Notes under the pieces: generated by a model | What the model saw: the letters and a program-made list of their open reading frames with translations, nothing else | Told to the model about the DNA's origin: nothing | Database searches by the model: none | Translations under genes and position numbers: made by a program | In this document: in pieces, positions 44,690 to 54,153 of the stretch | How positions within the stretch are numbered: the stretch's first letter is position 1 | Layout: the number at the start of each line of letters is the position of its first letter | Source: Candidatus Versatilivorator sp. | Lineage (GTDB): Bacteria; Acidobacteriota; Terriglobia; Versatilivoradales; Versatilivoraceae | NCBI GenBank assembly: GCA_965207735.1 | Contig: OZ242296.1 | Location: 1,664,001-1,728,000 of the forward strand | Reading direction: 5' to 3' | DNA length: 64,000 nt

Positions 44690-45907
44690 ATGACGGAGAG
44701 GCAACCCAGATACGCTCCCGGACGTGTGAGAGACGGAATTCTGCAGGTCATGTCGTTCACGTCCAAGGCTCTCTCCGTCAAGGAGATCGGAGAACGAGTG
44801 TCTGAGGTCGTGGGACCAACCAAGGAGTCTTCCGTTCGATCCTATCTCAGGCTGAATACTCCCAGGCTGTTCATACGAGAGGAACGGGGCGTTTACAAGC
44901 TGCAATCATCCATGGCATTGGGCATCCAGCGTGGACTGCCGCTGGCGGGAGAGTCCAGGGCGCCGCTATCGTTCGGACGGGCAAGACTTTATCACGGGGA
45001 CTGTTTCGACTGGCTTGGGCAACGGGAAGACAGCAGCATTCACGCCGTTGTGACCGATCCTCCCTATGGCCTTCATGAGTACACCCGGGAACAACAAGCC
45101 AAACTCCGGCAAGGCAAGGGAGGGGTGTGGCGCATTCCTCCTTCATTCGACGGCCATCTTCGATCCCCCGTTCCGAGATTTACGACGCTAACCAAGGAAC
45201 AACTCACCTATATCGGGAATTTTTTCTTCGTTTGGACCCGCCTTTTTCTTCCGAAATTGGTTCCGGGTGCTCATGTGGTCGTGGCCTCTAATCCGCTGGT
45301 GTCCTACCTGGTGTCAGCTGCGCTTGCGGAAGCTGGGCTGGAGCGGCGTGGAGAAATCGTGAGGTTAACCATGACCATGAGGGGTGGGGACCGTCCCAAG
45401 GCTGCTCACGACGAGTTTTCCGATGTCAGTGTGATGCCGCGTTCGATGTGGGAACCCTGGGTCGTGTACCGGAAACCCCTGGAGGGAAGAGTTCAGGACA
45501 ATCTGAGAAAATGGAAGACAGGCGGTTTTCGCCGGCCAAGCCACGAGAAGCCGTTCGGGGACGTGATCGCTTCGTCGCCAACCGGAACGAGCGAACGCAA
45601 GTTGGCGCCGCATCCGAGCCTCAAGCCTCAATCCTTTCTTCGGACTCTGGTAGGCGCTGTGTTGCCACTGAGAGAAGGCACTATTCTTGATCCGTTCGCA
45701 GGCTCAGGATCAACCTTGGCGGCCGCCGAAGCTGTCGGTCATACATGCATCGGCGTGGAAATGGACGATCTCTATTTCAGGATGGCTGCCGATGCCATTC
45801 CCAAGTTGGTTCGCTACTCCCCCAAACTAGGCGGCACGGCGGGTCACGTGGTAGAGTGCTCCGCACCACGAGGACCATGCCCCGAGGCAAACGGAGATGA
45901 AGGATGA
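44690..45907 (+). CDS. Orphan beta-class N6-A/N4-C DNA methyltransferase with N-terminal winged-HTH
   Basis: LYHGDC, VVTDPPYG, HPSLKPQ, ILDPFAGSGSTL, CIGVE (catalytic motif before SAM motif, beta order). N-terminal ~70 aa ALSVKEI..SSVRSYL..RGVYKL. Start could also be 44675. Confidence 0.9.
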   Translation: MTERQPRYAPGRVRDGILQVMSFTSKALSVKEIGERVSEVVGPTKESSVRSYLRLNTPRLFIREERGVYKLQSSMALGIQRGLPLAGESRAPLSFGRARLYHGDCFDWLGQREDSSIHAVVTDPPYGLHEYTREQQAKLRQGKGGVWRIPPSFDGHLRSPVPRFTTLTKEQLTYIGNFFFVWTRLFLPKLVPGAHVVVASNPLVSYLVSAALAEAGLERRGEIVRLTMTMRGGDRPKAAHDEFSDVSVMPRSMWEPWVVYRKPLEGRVQDNLRKWKTGGFRRPSHEKPFGDVIASSPTGTSERKLAPHPSLKPQSFLRTLVGAVLPLREGTILDPFAGSGSTLAAAEAVGHTCIGVEMDDLYFRMAADAIPKLVRYSPKLGGTAGHVVECSAPRGPCPEANGDEG

Positions 45908-46770
45908 CTTCCACCCGCTGGCATCATTTGGGGATTGTTGCTGCATTGGCAGTGACACTGATTGGTCTGTTCTCGACCGTCCACTCCCTCTCGGCTCAAG
46001 AGGAATTCGATGCCAACAGGGTGTGCAAGGAATTGCCGGAACACGAGCAGTTGACCGAGATCCTCAAGAGGGTCGTCAAGGATCCCTTGGGGAACGGCGG
46101 ACTGGGCAACGACCTGTGGGCTACCATCGTCAACCGGGACGGCGTGGTCTGCGCGGTCACGTTTTCCGGCGAAGACCGCGGCAGCCAGTGGCCGGGAAGC
46201 CGGGTGATCTCGGCTCGGAAAGCCACTACCGCCAATGCCTTCAGCCTTCCCAAGGGAGCCGGAGGAGCCCTGCCGGGCCTGGCGCTGTCGACGGCCAACC
46301 TCTATGCTGCCGTGCAGCCGGGAGGCAGTTTCTTCGGGCTCCAGTTCAGCCTCCCGGTCGATCCCCGGGTCGCCCATCGCGGCAACCCCAAGAACCATGG
46401 TGAGCCCAAGGACCCGATGGTTGGACGAAGAGTGGGGGGGATCGACGCCACCGGAGGGGGCCTGGGCCTCTATGACAGTCAGGGTGATCTCCTGGGCGCC
46501 CTGGGGGTAAGCGGCGACACCTCCTGCACCGATCACGTGGTGGCCTGGAAGGTGCGGGACGCCCTGGCTCTGGACCACGTACCGGTCGGCATCAGCCCGA
46601 CCGGAGACGACAACATCATCTTTGACATGAAGACCGATCCCGCCAGAGGCCTGGCGGTGAGCCAGGGAGGGTTCGGTCACCCCCATGATTGCGCGGGGTC
46701 GGAAGTCCGGGAAATCGCCCGGGAACTCCCTCAATCGCATCCGATCGGCGCCAACCCCAAGAACCCTTAG
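45904..46770 (+). CDS. Secreted GlcG/HbpS-like heme-binding protein
   Basis: Signal peptide; WATIVNRDG, SRVISARKATTANAFS, GGGLGLYD, LGALGVSGDTSCTDH. Confidence 0.8.
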   Translation: MTSTRWHHLGIVAALAVTLIGLFSTVHSLSAQEEFDANRVCKELPEHEQLTEILKRVVKDPLGNGGLGNDLWATIVNRDGVVCAVTFSGEDRGSQWPGSRVISARKATTANAFSLPKGAGGALPGLALSTANLYAAVQPGGSFFGLQFSLPVDPRVAHRGNPKNHGEPKDPMVGRRVGGIDATGGGLGLYDSQGDLLGALGVSGDTSCTDHVVAWKVRDALALDHVPVGISPTGDDNIIFDMKTDPARGLAVSQGGFGHPHDCAGSEVREIARELPQSHPIGANPKNP

Positions 46771-46813
46771 CAACAGCCGGCACGGTTTTTCATTACACCC
46801 TCTCCCAGTTTCA

Positions 46814-49087
46814 ATGCCGCGTCTTCCCCATTCCCTGATCACCCTGCTGGCCGCGGCCCTGCCCGTCACTGCCTCGCTGGAGGCCGCAGCCCAATCCGAC
46901 CCTGAAGGGAACGGTTCCCAAAGAACCCTCCAGGCCAAACGGGTGGCAGCGCCACCTACACTGGACGGCCGGGTCGACGAACCCCTGTGGCAGCCGATCG
47001 AGCCGGCTACCGAATTCATCCAAAGGAATCCGGAGGAAGGAGAACTTGCCAGCGAGAATACCGAGGTGCGGATCGCCTTCGACGATGAGAACCTCTACCT
47101 GGGCATCATCTGTTTCGATTCCCAACCCGAACAGATCGTGATCAACCAGAATCGGCGGGACGGGCTGAAAAACGACTCGGACTACGTCATCGTTCTGCTG
47201 GACACCTTCCACGACGGACAGAACGCCTTTATATTCGGCACCAGCCCCACCGGCATCGAGCACGACGCCCAGGTCTCCAAAGCGGGTCAGACCCGAGGAG
47301 GCGGGGGCGGCCCCTCGCGCGCCGGTGGCGGCGGAGGGGCTCAACGGGGAGGCTCCAGCGCGCTGAGCTTGAACTGGGACGGCGTCTGGGAGGTGAGGTC
47401 GCAGATTACGCAGCGCGGCTGGGAAAGCGAGATGGCCATTCCCTTCCGGACCTTGCGTTACAAGCCGGGCCCGGACCAGTCCTGGGGCCTCAACATCGAG
47501 CGCAACCTGAGGCGCCGCAACGAACTGTCCCACTGGTCCCCGGTTTCACGGGCCTTCCGCTTTATTCATGTCGACCTGGCCGGGACGCTGCAGGGGCTGG
47601 AAATCCGGAACCACCGCAGTCTCAAGCTCCTTCCCTACGTGCTGGGGGGATACAGTCAAGACTACACCCACCCCGGAGATCCATCGAAATTCGAAAGAAA
47701 CGTCGGACTGGATGTCAAGTACAGTCTCACTCCCAGCCTCACCCTGGACGGCACCGTCAATACCGATTTCGCCCAGGTTGAAGTCGACGAAGAGCAAGTC
47801 AACCTCACCCGCTTCGACCTCTTCTTCCCGGAAAAGCGCCCCTTCTTTCTGGAGAACTCGGGCTTCTTCGAATTCGGCACACCGCAGGAAGTGGAGATTT
47901 TCTTTTCCAGGCGTATCGGCATCGACCAGCACCAACACCAGGTTCCCATCGACGGAGGGGTGCGGTTGAGCGGCAAGGCCGGTCCCTACCAGATGGGTCT
48001 GCTCAACATGCAGACCCGCAAAGTCGACGGCGTGGTGCCTGCCGACAACTATTCGGTGGCGCGCTTCAGCCGGGAGCTTCCCAACCGCTCCTCTATCGGG
48101 GTCATCGGCGTCAACCGGCGTTCGACCTCCGCCCTCGAAGGCGACCGTCCTTACAATCGAACCTTCGGGGGCGATGCCAATTTCGGCCTGGGGCAATTCG
48201 CCAACTGGTACAACTACGCTGCCTTCACACAAACCCCGGGGCTCAAGAGCGGAAACCACGCCTATTCCTCCCTCCTGGAATACGACGATTCCACCCACGA
48301 GTTCAGGCTTGGCTACCTCGAAGTGGGTGGCCATTTCAATCCCGAGGTCGGTTTCGTTCCCAGGGTCGGTTACCGCAAGACCAACTACTTCTACCGATTC
48401 CACCACTATCCGAACGGCGGCCCGATACGCAGCTGGGAACCTCACGCCTCCAGAAGGGCCTGGTACTCGCTGGAAAACAATGACCTCGAATCCGACTTCC
48501 AGCACTACCACGTGGATTCCAAGTGGCAGAACGGCGCCCGGCTGGGTGTCGCCTGGAACCGAAACTTCGAGCGCCTGGACGAACCGCTGGAGGTGGTGCC
48601 CGGGGTCACCATTCCGGTGGGACGGTATGGCTACGACGAGATTATCGCCAACTATCGCACCGACCCCAGCACACCGCTCTTCCTCAGCGGCACCGCCGCG
48701 GCGGGCGGCTTCTACAACGGCAAAATCCGCGCCGTCAATCTGAACGGCGGCTACCGCCACAGCCACAGGCTTTCCTGGACGGCATCCTACCTTCGCAATA
48801 TGGTCAGTCTTCCGGTGGGAGACTTCGACGTGGACCTGGTGGGGCTGCGCTTCAACTGGTCCTTCACCCCCAAGAGCTTCCTGCAAACCTTCAGCCAGTA
48901 CAACAGCGTGTCCCAGACGCTAGGGCACAATATCCGCCTGGGACTCCTCTCGTCGGCCAGCACCGGTCTTTTCGTGGTCTACAACACCAACAATTCCACC
49001 ACGCCCCTGCTCGACGCCCATCGGCTTCCTCGCCGGACACTGACCCGAGCCCTGTTCGTCAAGTTCAACTATCTGTTCGACTACTGA
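46814..49087 (+). CDS. CBM9-like plus DUF5916 outer-membrane-type protein
   Basis: PTLDGRVDEPLW, TEVRIAFDDENLY, EMAIPFRTLRY, TVNTDFAQVEVD, RFDLFFPEKRPFFLE, FFSRRIG; aromatic C-terminus. Confidence 0.85.
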   Translation: MPRLPHSLITLLAAALPVTASLEAAAQSDPEGNGSQRTLQAKRVAAPPTLDGRVDEPLWQPIEPATEFIQRNPEEGELASENTEVRIAFDDENLYLGIICFDSQPEQIVINQNRRDGLKNDSDYVIVLLDTFHDGQNAFIFGTSPTGIEHDAQVSKAGQTRGGGGGPSRAGGGGGAQRGGSSALSLNWDGVWEVRSQITQRGWESEMAIPFRTLRYKPGPDQSWGLNIERNLRRRNELSHWSPVSRAFRFIHVDLAGTLQGLEIRNHRSLKLLPYVLGGYSQDYTHPGDPSKFERNVGLDVKYSLTPSLTLDGTVNTDFAQVEVDEEQVNLTRFDLFFPEKRPFFLENSGFFEFGTPQEVEIFFSRRIGIDQHQHQVPIDGGVRLSGKAGPYQMGLLNMQTRKVDGVVPADNYSVARFSRELPNRSSIGVIGVNRRSTSALEGDRPYNRTFGGDANFGLGQFANWYNYAAFTQTPGLKSGNHAYSSLLEYDDSTHEFRLGYLEVGGHFNPEVGFVPRVGYRKTNYFYRFHHYPNGGPIRSWEPHASRRAWYSLENNDLESDFQHYHVDSKWQNGARLGVAWNRNFERLDEPLEVVPGVTIPVGRYGYDEIIANYRTDPSTPLFLSGTAAAGGFYNGKIRAVNLNGGYRHSHRLSWTASYLRNMVSLPVGDFDVDLVGLRFNWSFTPKSFLQTFSQYNSVSQTLGHNIRLGLLSSASTGLFVVYNTNNSTTPLLDAHRLPRRTLTRALFVKFNYLFDY

Positions 49088-49096
49088 GAAACTTTC

Positions 49097-49543
49097 TCAA
49101 TCCGATTCCGGGGCCAGCTGCAACAGTTCCAGCCTCTCCCCATCCGGGCCGTAGAAGTAGCACCAGCGAACCCCATTGGCCATGGTCACCGGGGTGGAGG
49201 CGAATTCCACGCCCTTGTCGCGTAGGGACCGATAGGCCTGCTGGATGTCATCGACTTCAAAACAGATATGGCCGAATCCCATGTCATTGGCCTTGGAATC
49301 GGAGGGCATGGGACGGCTGGGAGGATTGAGGTACTGAAAGGTCTCGACCAGGGTATTGGAGCCTGGGACGGAGAAGAAGGTGGCGGCCACCCTGGTGTCG
49401 GCCAAACCCGCCCCGCGGCTGAATTCACTGTCTTCGATCGATACCTCGAGGGAAATTTCAAGTCCGAGAGTTTCCGTGTAGAACTGCTTGGTTCTGTTCA
49501 TGTCGGATACCACGATGTTGGTGTGGTGGAGACCTTTGATCAT
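49097..49543 (-). CDS. VOC/glyoxalase family protein
   Basis: LHHTNIVVSDM..FYTETLG, GFGHICFEVDDI, YFYGPDGERLEL. Confidence 0.9.
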   Translation of the reverse strand: MIKGLHHTNIVVSDMNRTKQFYTETLGLEISLEVSIEDSEFSRGAGLADTRVAATFFSVPGSNTLVETFQYLNPPSRPMPSDSKANDMGFGHICFEVDDIQQAYRSLRDKGVEFASTPVTMANGVRWCYFYGPDGERLELLQLAPESD

Positions 49544-49780
49544 GGTTGCGCTCCTGAGGAGAGATACACGGCAGCGCCGATTGCAAGCCAGGTCATGGGC
49601 TGCCTGGCCGGGTGCCGCCCGTTGAAATTGAGGACCGGCTCCGCCGCGGTTCCGGTGGTTCAGCCCCCTCCAACTCTATCGCTTTCACCGGCGGTTTGGA
49701 ACAGTGACATGACCAGGACAATCGCCGGCCGGCAATGGTGATATCATGCGGCCTGTCCTCGATCAGGAAAGGCCTGAACA

Positions 49781-51529
49781 ATGGCGTCCTCTTCCCGGTT
49801 GGATCCGATTCGATTCGAAGTCATCCGAAACGCCCTGATGGAAGCGACCGAGGAGATGTCGGTCTCGCTGCGCCGCAGCGCCTATTCCACCAACATCAAG
49901 ACCCGAAACGACTTCTCCTGCGCCCTTTTCGATTGCCGCCTGCGGGCCGTGGCCCAGGCCTTCAATCAACCCAACCATCTGGGCTCACTGGTTCACAGCG
50001 TGCCCAGCGTGGTGCGCGCCTACGGCCCCGACCGGCTCGGACCGGGAGACATGCTCATCGCCAATCATCCCTATCAGGGGGGAGTCCATCTCAACGACAT
50101 CACCTTCATTTCGCCCCTTTTCCACCGGGACCGTCTCTTTGGCTATGTCGCCAACCTGGCCCACCACGTGGATGTCGGGGGCGGAGCTCCGGCCAGTGTC
50201 GGGGCCTTCCAGGAGGTGTTTCAGGAGGGTGTCATTATCCCTCCGGTCAAAGTGGTGGAGAACGGGGAGCTGGTGGAGGATGTCTTTCGATTGGTCCTGG
50301 CTCAGATCCGCTCCAAGCACGAGACCGGCGGCGACTTTCGGGCCCAGGTGGCCGCAAACCACACCGGAACCCGTCGATTGACCGCACTGATCGAGCGGCT
50401 GGGACTGGAAACGATCACTGACTATATCGAAGAACTTCTCGAATACACCGAGCGGCGGACGCGAGCGGAAATGGCCAAGCTTCCCCAAGGTGAATTCAGC
50501 GCCGAGGGCGTGGTAGACAGCGACGGCTTCACCGACCGCCCGGTGCGCCTGGCCGCCAGAATCCAGTTCGAGGGGACCCGGGGGGTTCGATTCGATTTGA
50601 CCGGCTCCGACCCCCAGAGGCGGGCGCCGGTCAATTCCACCTACGCCCAGACCTATTCGGCCTGCGCCTACGTGCTGAAATCGCTGATCGACCCCGACCT
50701 GCCGGTCAACGACGGCTTCTACCGCCTGATGCGGATCGTGGCTCCGGCCGGCAGCGTGGTCCATTGCAGGCCGCCGGCCCCGGTGGTCGGGGGATGGGAA
50801 GTCCAGACCCGCCTGGTGGACGTGATGTTCAAGGCCCTGGCTCCCGCCCTTCCCGGGACCATGCCGGCGGGCACCAAGGCCATGCAGTGCCATGCCGGGT
50901 TTGGCGCCGTCCATCCCGTAAGCGGCGAGTACTACTGTTTCCTGGAAACCCTGGGCGGTGGCTATGGAGCCCGGGCTGCCAGGGATGGCCCGGATGCCGT
51001 ACAGACTCATGGTCAGAACACCGAAAACGCGCCCATAGAAGAGACCGAGTCCAACTACCCGGTACGCATTCTGCGCTACGAACTGGTCAACGATTCCGAG
51101 GGGGCCGGAACCTGCCGAGGAGGATTGGGTCTACGCCGGGACTACCTGTTCACCGACCACGAGGTCTCGTTCACCATTCTGGCGGATCGGGAACGCTGGG
51201 GCCCGCACGGCCTCTTCGGCGGATTCCCGGGCCGCAGGTCCAGCTACCTGCTCAACTCAGGAGACCAGGAGGTTGAAGTGGGATCCAAGCAGACGCTGCA
51301 GCTCAAGCCGGGCCAGATTGTCAGCTACCGCACCTGCGGCGGGGGGGGATACGGTCCGCCTCACCGCCGTTCACCCCAGGCTGTGATGCGGGACGTTCGG
51401 GAAGGCAAGGTCAGCGCGGAAAGAGCCCGGAGTGTCTACGGGGTTGCGGTCGACACCACCGCCTGGAGGGTGGACGAAGCCGAAACCGGCCGGCTGCGCC
51501 GAAAGGACGATCCGGGCGGTTCGGCGTAA
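49781..51529 (+). CDS. Hydantoinase B/oxoprolinase family protein
   Basis: DPIRFEVIRNAL..EEM..LRRSAYSTNIK..DFSCA, GGVHLND, AHHVDVGG, PIEETE..YPV, GGGGYG. Confidence 0.93.
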   Translation: MASSSRLDPIRFEVIRNALMEATEEMSVSLRRSAYSTNIKTRNDFSCALFDCRLRAVAQAFNQPNHLGSLVHSVPSVVRAYGPDRLGPGDMLIANHPYQGGVHLNDITFISPLFHRDRLFGYVANLAHHVDVGGGAPASVGAFQEVFQEGVIIPPVKVVENGELVEDVFRLVLAQIRSKHETGGDFRAQVAANHTGTRRLTALIERLGLETITDYIEELLEYTERRTRAEMAKLPQGEFSAEGVVDSDGFTDRPVRLAARIQFEGTRGVRFDLTGSDPQRRAPVNSTYAQTYSACAYVLKSLIDPDLPVNDGFYRLMRIVAPAGSVVHCRPPAPVVGGWEVQTRLVDVMFKALAPALPGTMPAGTKAMQCHAGFGAVHPVSGEYYCFLETLGGGYGARAARDGPDAVQTHGQNTENAPIEETESNYPVRILRYELVNDSEGAGTCRGGLGLRRDYLFTDHEVSFTILADRERWGPHGLFGGFPGRRSSYLLNSGDQEVEVGSKQTLQLKPGQIVSYRTCGGGGYGPPHRRSPQAVMRDVREGKVSAERARSVYGVAVDTTAWRVDEAETGRLRRKDDPGGSA

Positions 51530-51559
51530 GTTCCAACGAGTGATCACCGGAAGGTTCCC

Positions 51560-52711
51560 ATGGGCGACGCTGCCAGCAAGTCCAAACGACCTCAACCCAT
51601 CTCACGCATCAACTGGTCCGGCCTGCAGCAGGCAATGGATGCGGAAGGCCTGGAGGCCGTGGTGGCCGCATCTCCCGAGAACTTCTTCTACCTGTCCAAC
51701 TGCCTTCTTCTCTCTCAGCAGATCATACCGAGCCGCCTCTGCCTGACCATAGCCCCCAGAGAAAACTCCCCAACGGCCCTGGTCTGCTACTGCGAGGAAC
51801 GGCAGATGCGGCAGGATTCATGGATGACCGACATTCGCATCTACCTGGAATTCCAGGAGCATCCCATGAAGGCCCTGGCCGAGACCTTGAAGGAGATGGG
51901 ACTGGCCAAGGCAGATATCGGCATCGAAAGGCACTTCCTGACGGCCGCCGACGTCGACCGGCTTGGCGAAGAGCTGCCCCAGGCGCGGCTGCGGGGCGCC
52001 GATCGGCTTTTCGGCAGGGTGCGGGCCGTCAAGACACCCGCCGAGCTGGAGATCCTGACCCAGGCGGCTTCCCTGACCGAGGGAGCCATTCAGTCCTCCT
52101 TCCGGAAGGCCCGTCCGGGCCAGTCAGAGAAAGTCATGGCTGATGACCTGTCGGGCCGGGTCCTGCACGCCGGAGCCACCTCGCAATGGATCACGCTGGC
52201 GGTGGGAGCCAATACTGCCGTCAACCACCCCTTCCCCAGTTCCAAGCCGTTGAATCCGGGGGAGGTCCTTCGGGTGGATGTCGGCGGGACCTTTCAGGGT
52301 TATCAATCGGACGTGGCCCGCACCGCGGCCATCGGCGCCGTCACATCCGAGCAGGCCTCGGTGTATCGACGGCTCAGGGAAGCGCAGCGGCGGACCATCG
52401 ACACCGCCCGTCCCGGCGTCAGGGCCTGCGACCTCTATTTCACCTGCAGACGGGAACTGGAGCAGCGCGGTCTGTCCATGACCAGCCAGGCGGTCGGGCA
52501 CGGACTCGGCATCGGCATGCATGAGTTCCCGGTGCTGCACGGCCGCGAAACGGCCCGGATCCAACCCGGCATGGTGCTCAACGTGGAGCCGGCCGTGCTG
52601 GATTCGCAGGGATTCCTCTACCATCTCGAGGACCTCTTTGCGGTGACCGAAACCGGGCCCAGGATCCTGACCCGTCTGATGGACACCACCGATCTGTTTG
52701 TCATCCGCTGA
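51560..52711 (+). CDS. Xaa-Pro peptidase (M24B) family protein
   Basis: Creatinase-like N domain; RAVKTPAE, VDVG, YQSDVART, GHGLGIGMHE, VEP, LED. Confidence 0.9.
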   Translation: MGDAASKSKRPQPISRINWSGLQQAMDAEGLEAVVAASPENFFYLSNCLLLSQQIIPSRLCLTIAPRENSPTALVCYCEERQMRQDSWMTDIRIYLEFQEHPMKALAETLKEMGLAKADIGIERHFLTAADVDRLGEELPQARLRGADRLFGRVRAVKTPAELEILTQAASLTEGAIQSSFRKARPGQSEKVMADDLSGRVLHAGATSQWITLAVGANTAVNHPFPSSKPLNPGEVLRVDVGGTFQGYQSDVARTAAIGAVTSEQASVYRRLREAQRRTIDTARPGVRACDLYFTCRRELEQRGLSMTSQAVGHGLGIGMHEFPVLHGRETARIQPGMVLNVEPAVLDSQGFLYHLEDLFAVTETGPRILTRLMDTTDLFVIR

Positions 52712-52838
52712 CCCCGGTCCCGAGCGGAATGGCAGCCGGGTCTCACGACCTCCCGCCCGGAATGGCGAGGCCCCGACCAATCTGCTAAGATCACTTAGAC
52801 CACCGGCCTGCCGGCACCAACCCTAGGGGAGAAAATCC

Positions 52839-54074
52839 ATGGAAAGAAGACACTTCTTGCTGCAATCGGCCGCGCTGACCTTGGCGGCCACCGGACTGCG
52901 ATGCTCGGCCTCCCAGGGGCTGACGAGCCCCCGCCAGGCTGCCGGCCGCAAGGAGAAGCACCGGGTGGCCATTATCGGTTGCGGGCGGATGGGTCAGTAT
53001 TATGCGGACGTCTATCGCGCCATGCCCGACACCGAGCTGGTGGCCATCGCCGAGTGGAACCCGGAGCGGCGCAAGGTGGTCGGCGAGCGTTTCGGAGTCA
53101 AGGCGCTCTACAAGGATGCGCCCGCCATGCTGAAGGAGACGGTGCCTGACATCGCTGCCGTTATCACTCCCACCAAGTTCATGAAGGATGCGGTCATCGC
53201 CTGCGCCGAGGCTGGGGTCAAAGGGGTCTCCACCGACAAACCCATCGCGGCCCGCTTGTCGGACGCCGACGCCATGGTGGAGGCCTGCAAGCAGCGGGGC
53301 GTGGTTTTTGCCGGCGGCAACCTGCAGCGGGCCAAGTGGAACGTTCAGGAGGCCGGCCGCCAGTTGAACGGGGGGAAATGGGGCACTCTCCAGGGAGCTT
53401 CGATCCACGGTTTCGGCGGCGAGATCTCGGGCGGAGGGTGCCAGCATCTTTCCGTACTGCGGCTCTTTGCCAAGTCGGAAGTGCAGGAGGTGATTGCCTG
53501 GGGTACCCCTCTGGAAGCGCTGGCTCCGGAGAAGGACGACGCCGGGCTGATCATCAACGGTCTCTTCTACCTTGGTTCCGGCCTGGAGGCCACGGTATTC
53601 GGCCAAAAGACTCCCTACAGCGGCGTGGAAGCCTGGACCGAAGACTCCCTGGTCCGCTGGAACTGGAACGAGCCTCAGGCGTACAAGGGGGTGGATGCCA
53701 AGGGCGCCCGCCAGGAGGTGGACCCCCAATATGCTCCCAACCTCTGGCTGGACTACGTCAAGCAGACCAAGGGGACCATTCCCGGAACGGAAGAATCCCC
53801 CTGGTACGGGGTCGACTACCTGGTCACCTCCATTCGCTCCTTTCTGGATGCCGTCGACAAGGGACGGGAGCTGTTCATTTCGGGCCACGACCTGCGGCAG
53901 GCCCTGGAGATCGCCATTGCCTGCAAGCTGTCGGCCCAGCTCGGCAATCGTCCGGTCAAGCTGCCCCTGGAAGACCGAGCCCTGGCCCTCTACCCCAGAC
54001 CCTACCGCTGGCTGGGCGGAGACGTCACCAATCGCCCCCAGTCGGCCGAAGAGGCTGCCGGGCAGTTAAGCTGA
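52839..54074 (+). CDS. Tat-exported Gfo/Idh/MocA oxidoreductase
   Basis: ERRHFL; VAIIGCGRMG; TDKP; C-terminus YPRPYRWLGGD shared with 10554..11786. Confidence 0.9.
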   Translation: MERRHFLLQSAALTLAATGLRCSASQGLTSPRQAAGRKEKHRVAIIGCGRMGQYYADVYRAMPDTELVAIAEWNPERRKVVGERFGVKALYKDAPAMLKETVPDIAAVITPTKFMKDAVIACAEAGVKGVSTDKPIAARLSDADAMVEACKQRGVVFAGGNLQRAKWNVQEAGRQLNGGKWGTLQGASIHGFGGEISGGGCQHLSVLRLFAKSEVQEVIAWGTPLEALAPEKDDAGLIINGLFYLGSGLEATVFGQKTPYSGVEAWTEDSLVRWNWNEPQAYKGVDAKGARQEVDPQYAPNLWLDYVKQTKGTIPGTEESPWYGVDYLVTSIRSFLDAVDKGRELFISGHDLRQALEIAIACKLSAQLGNRPVKLPLEDRALALYPRPYRWLGGDVTNRPQSAEEAAGQLS

Positions 54075-54153
54075 AGCTGCCCCAAAATGAACCGGCGACT
54101 CCGGCCTGAAGGGCAGCAGCGCCGCCCAACCCCAACCCCGCGGAGGTGAGTTT

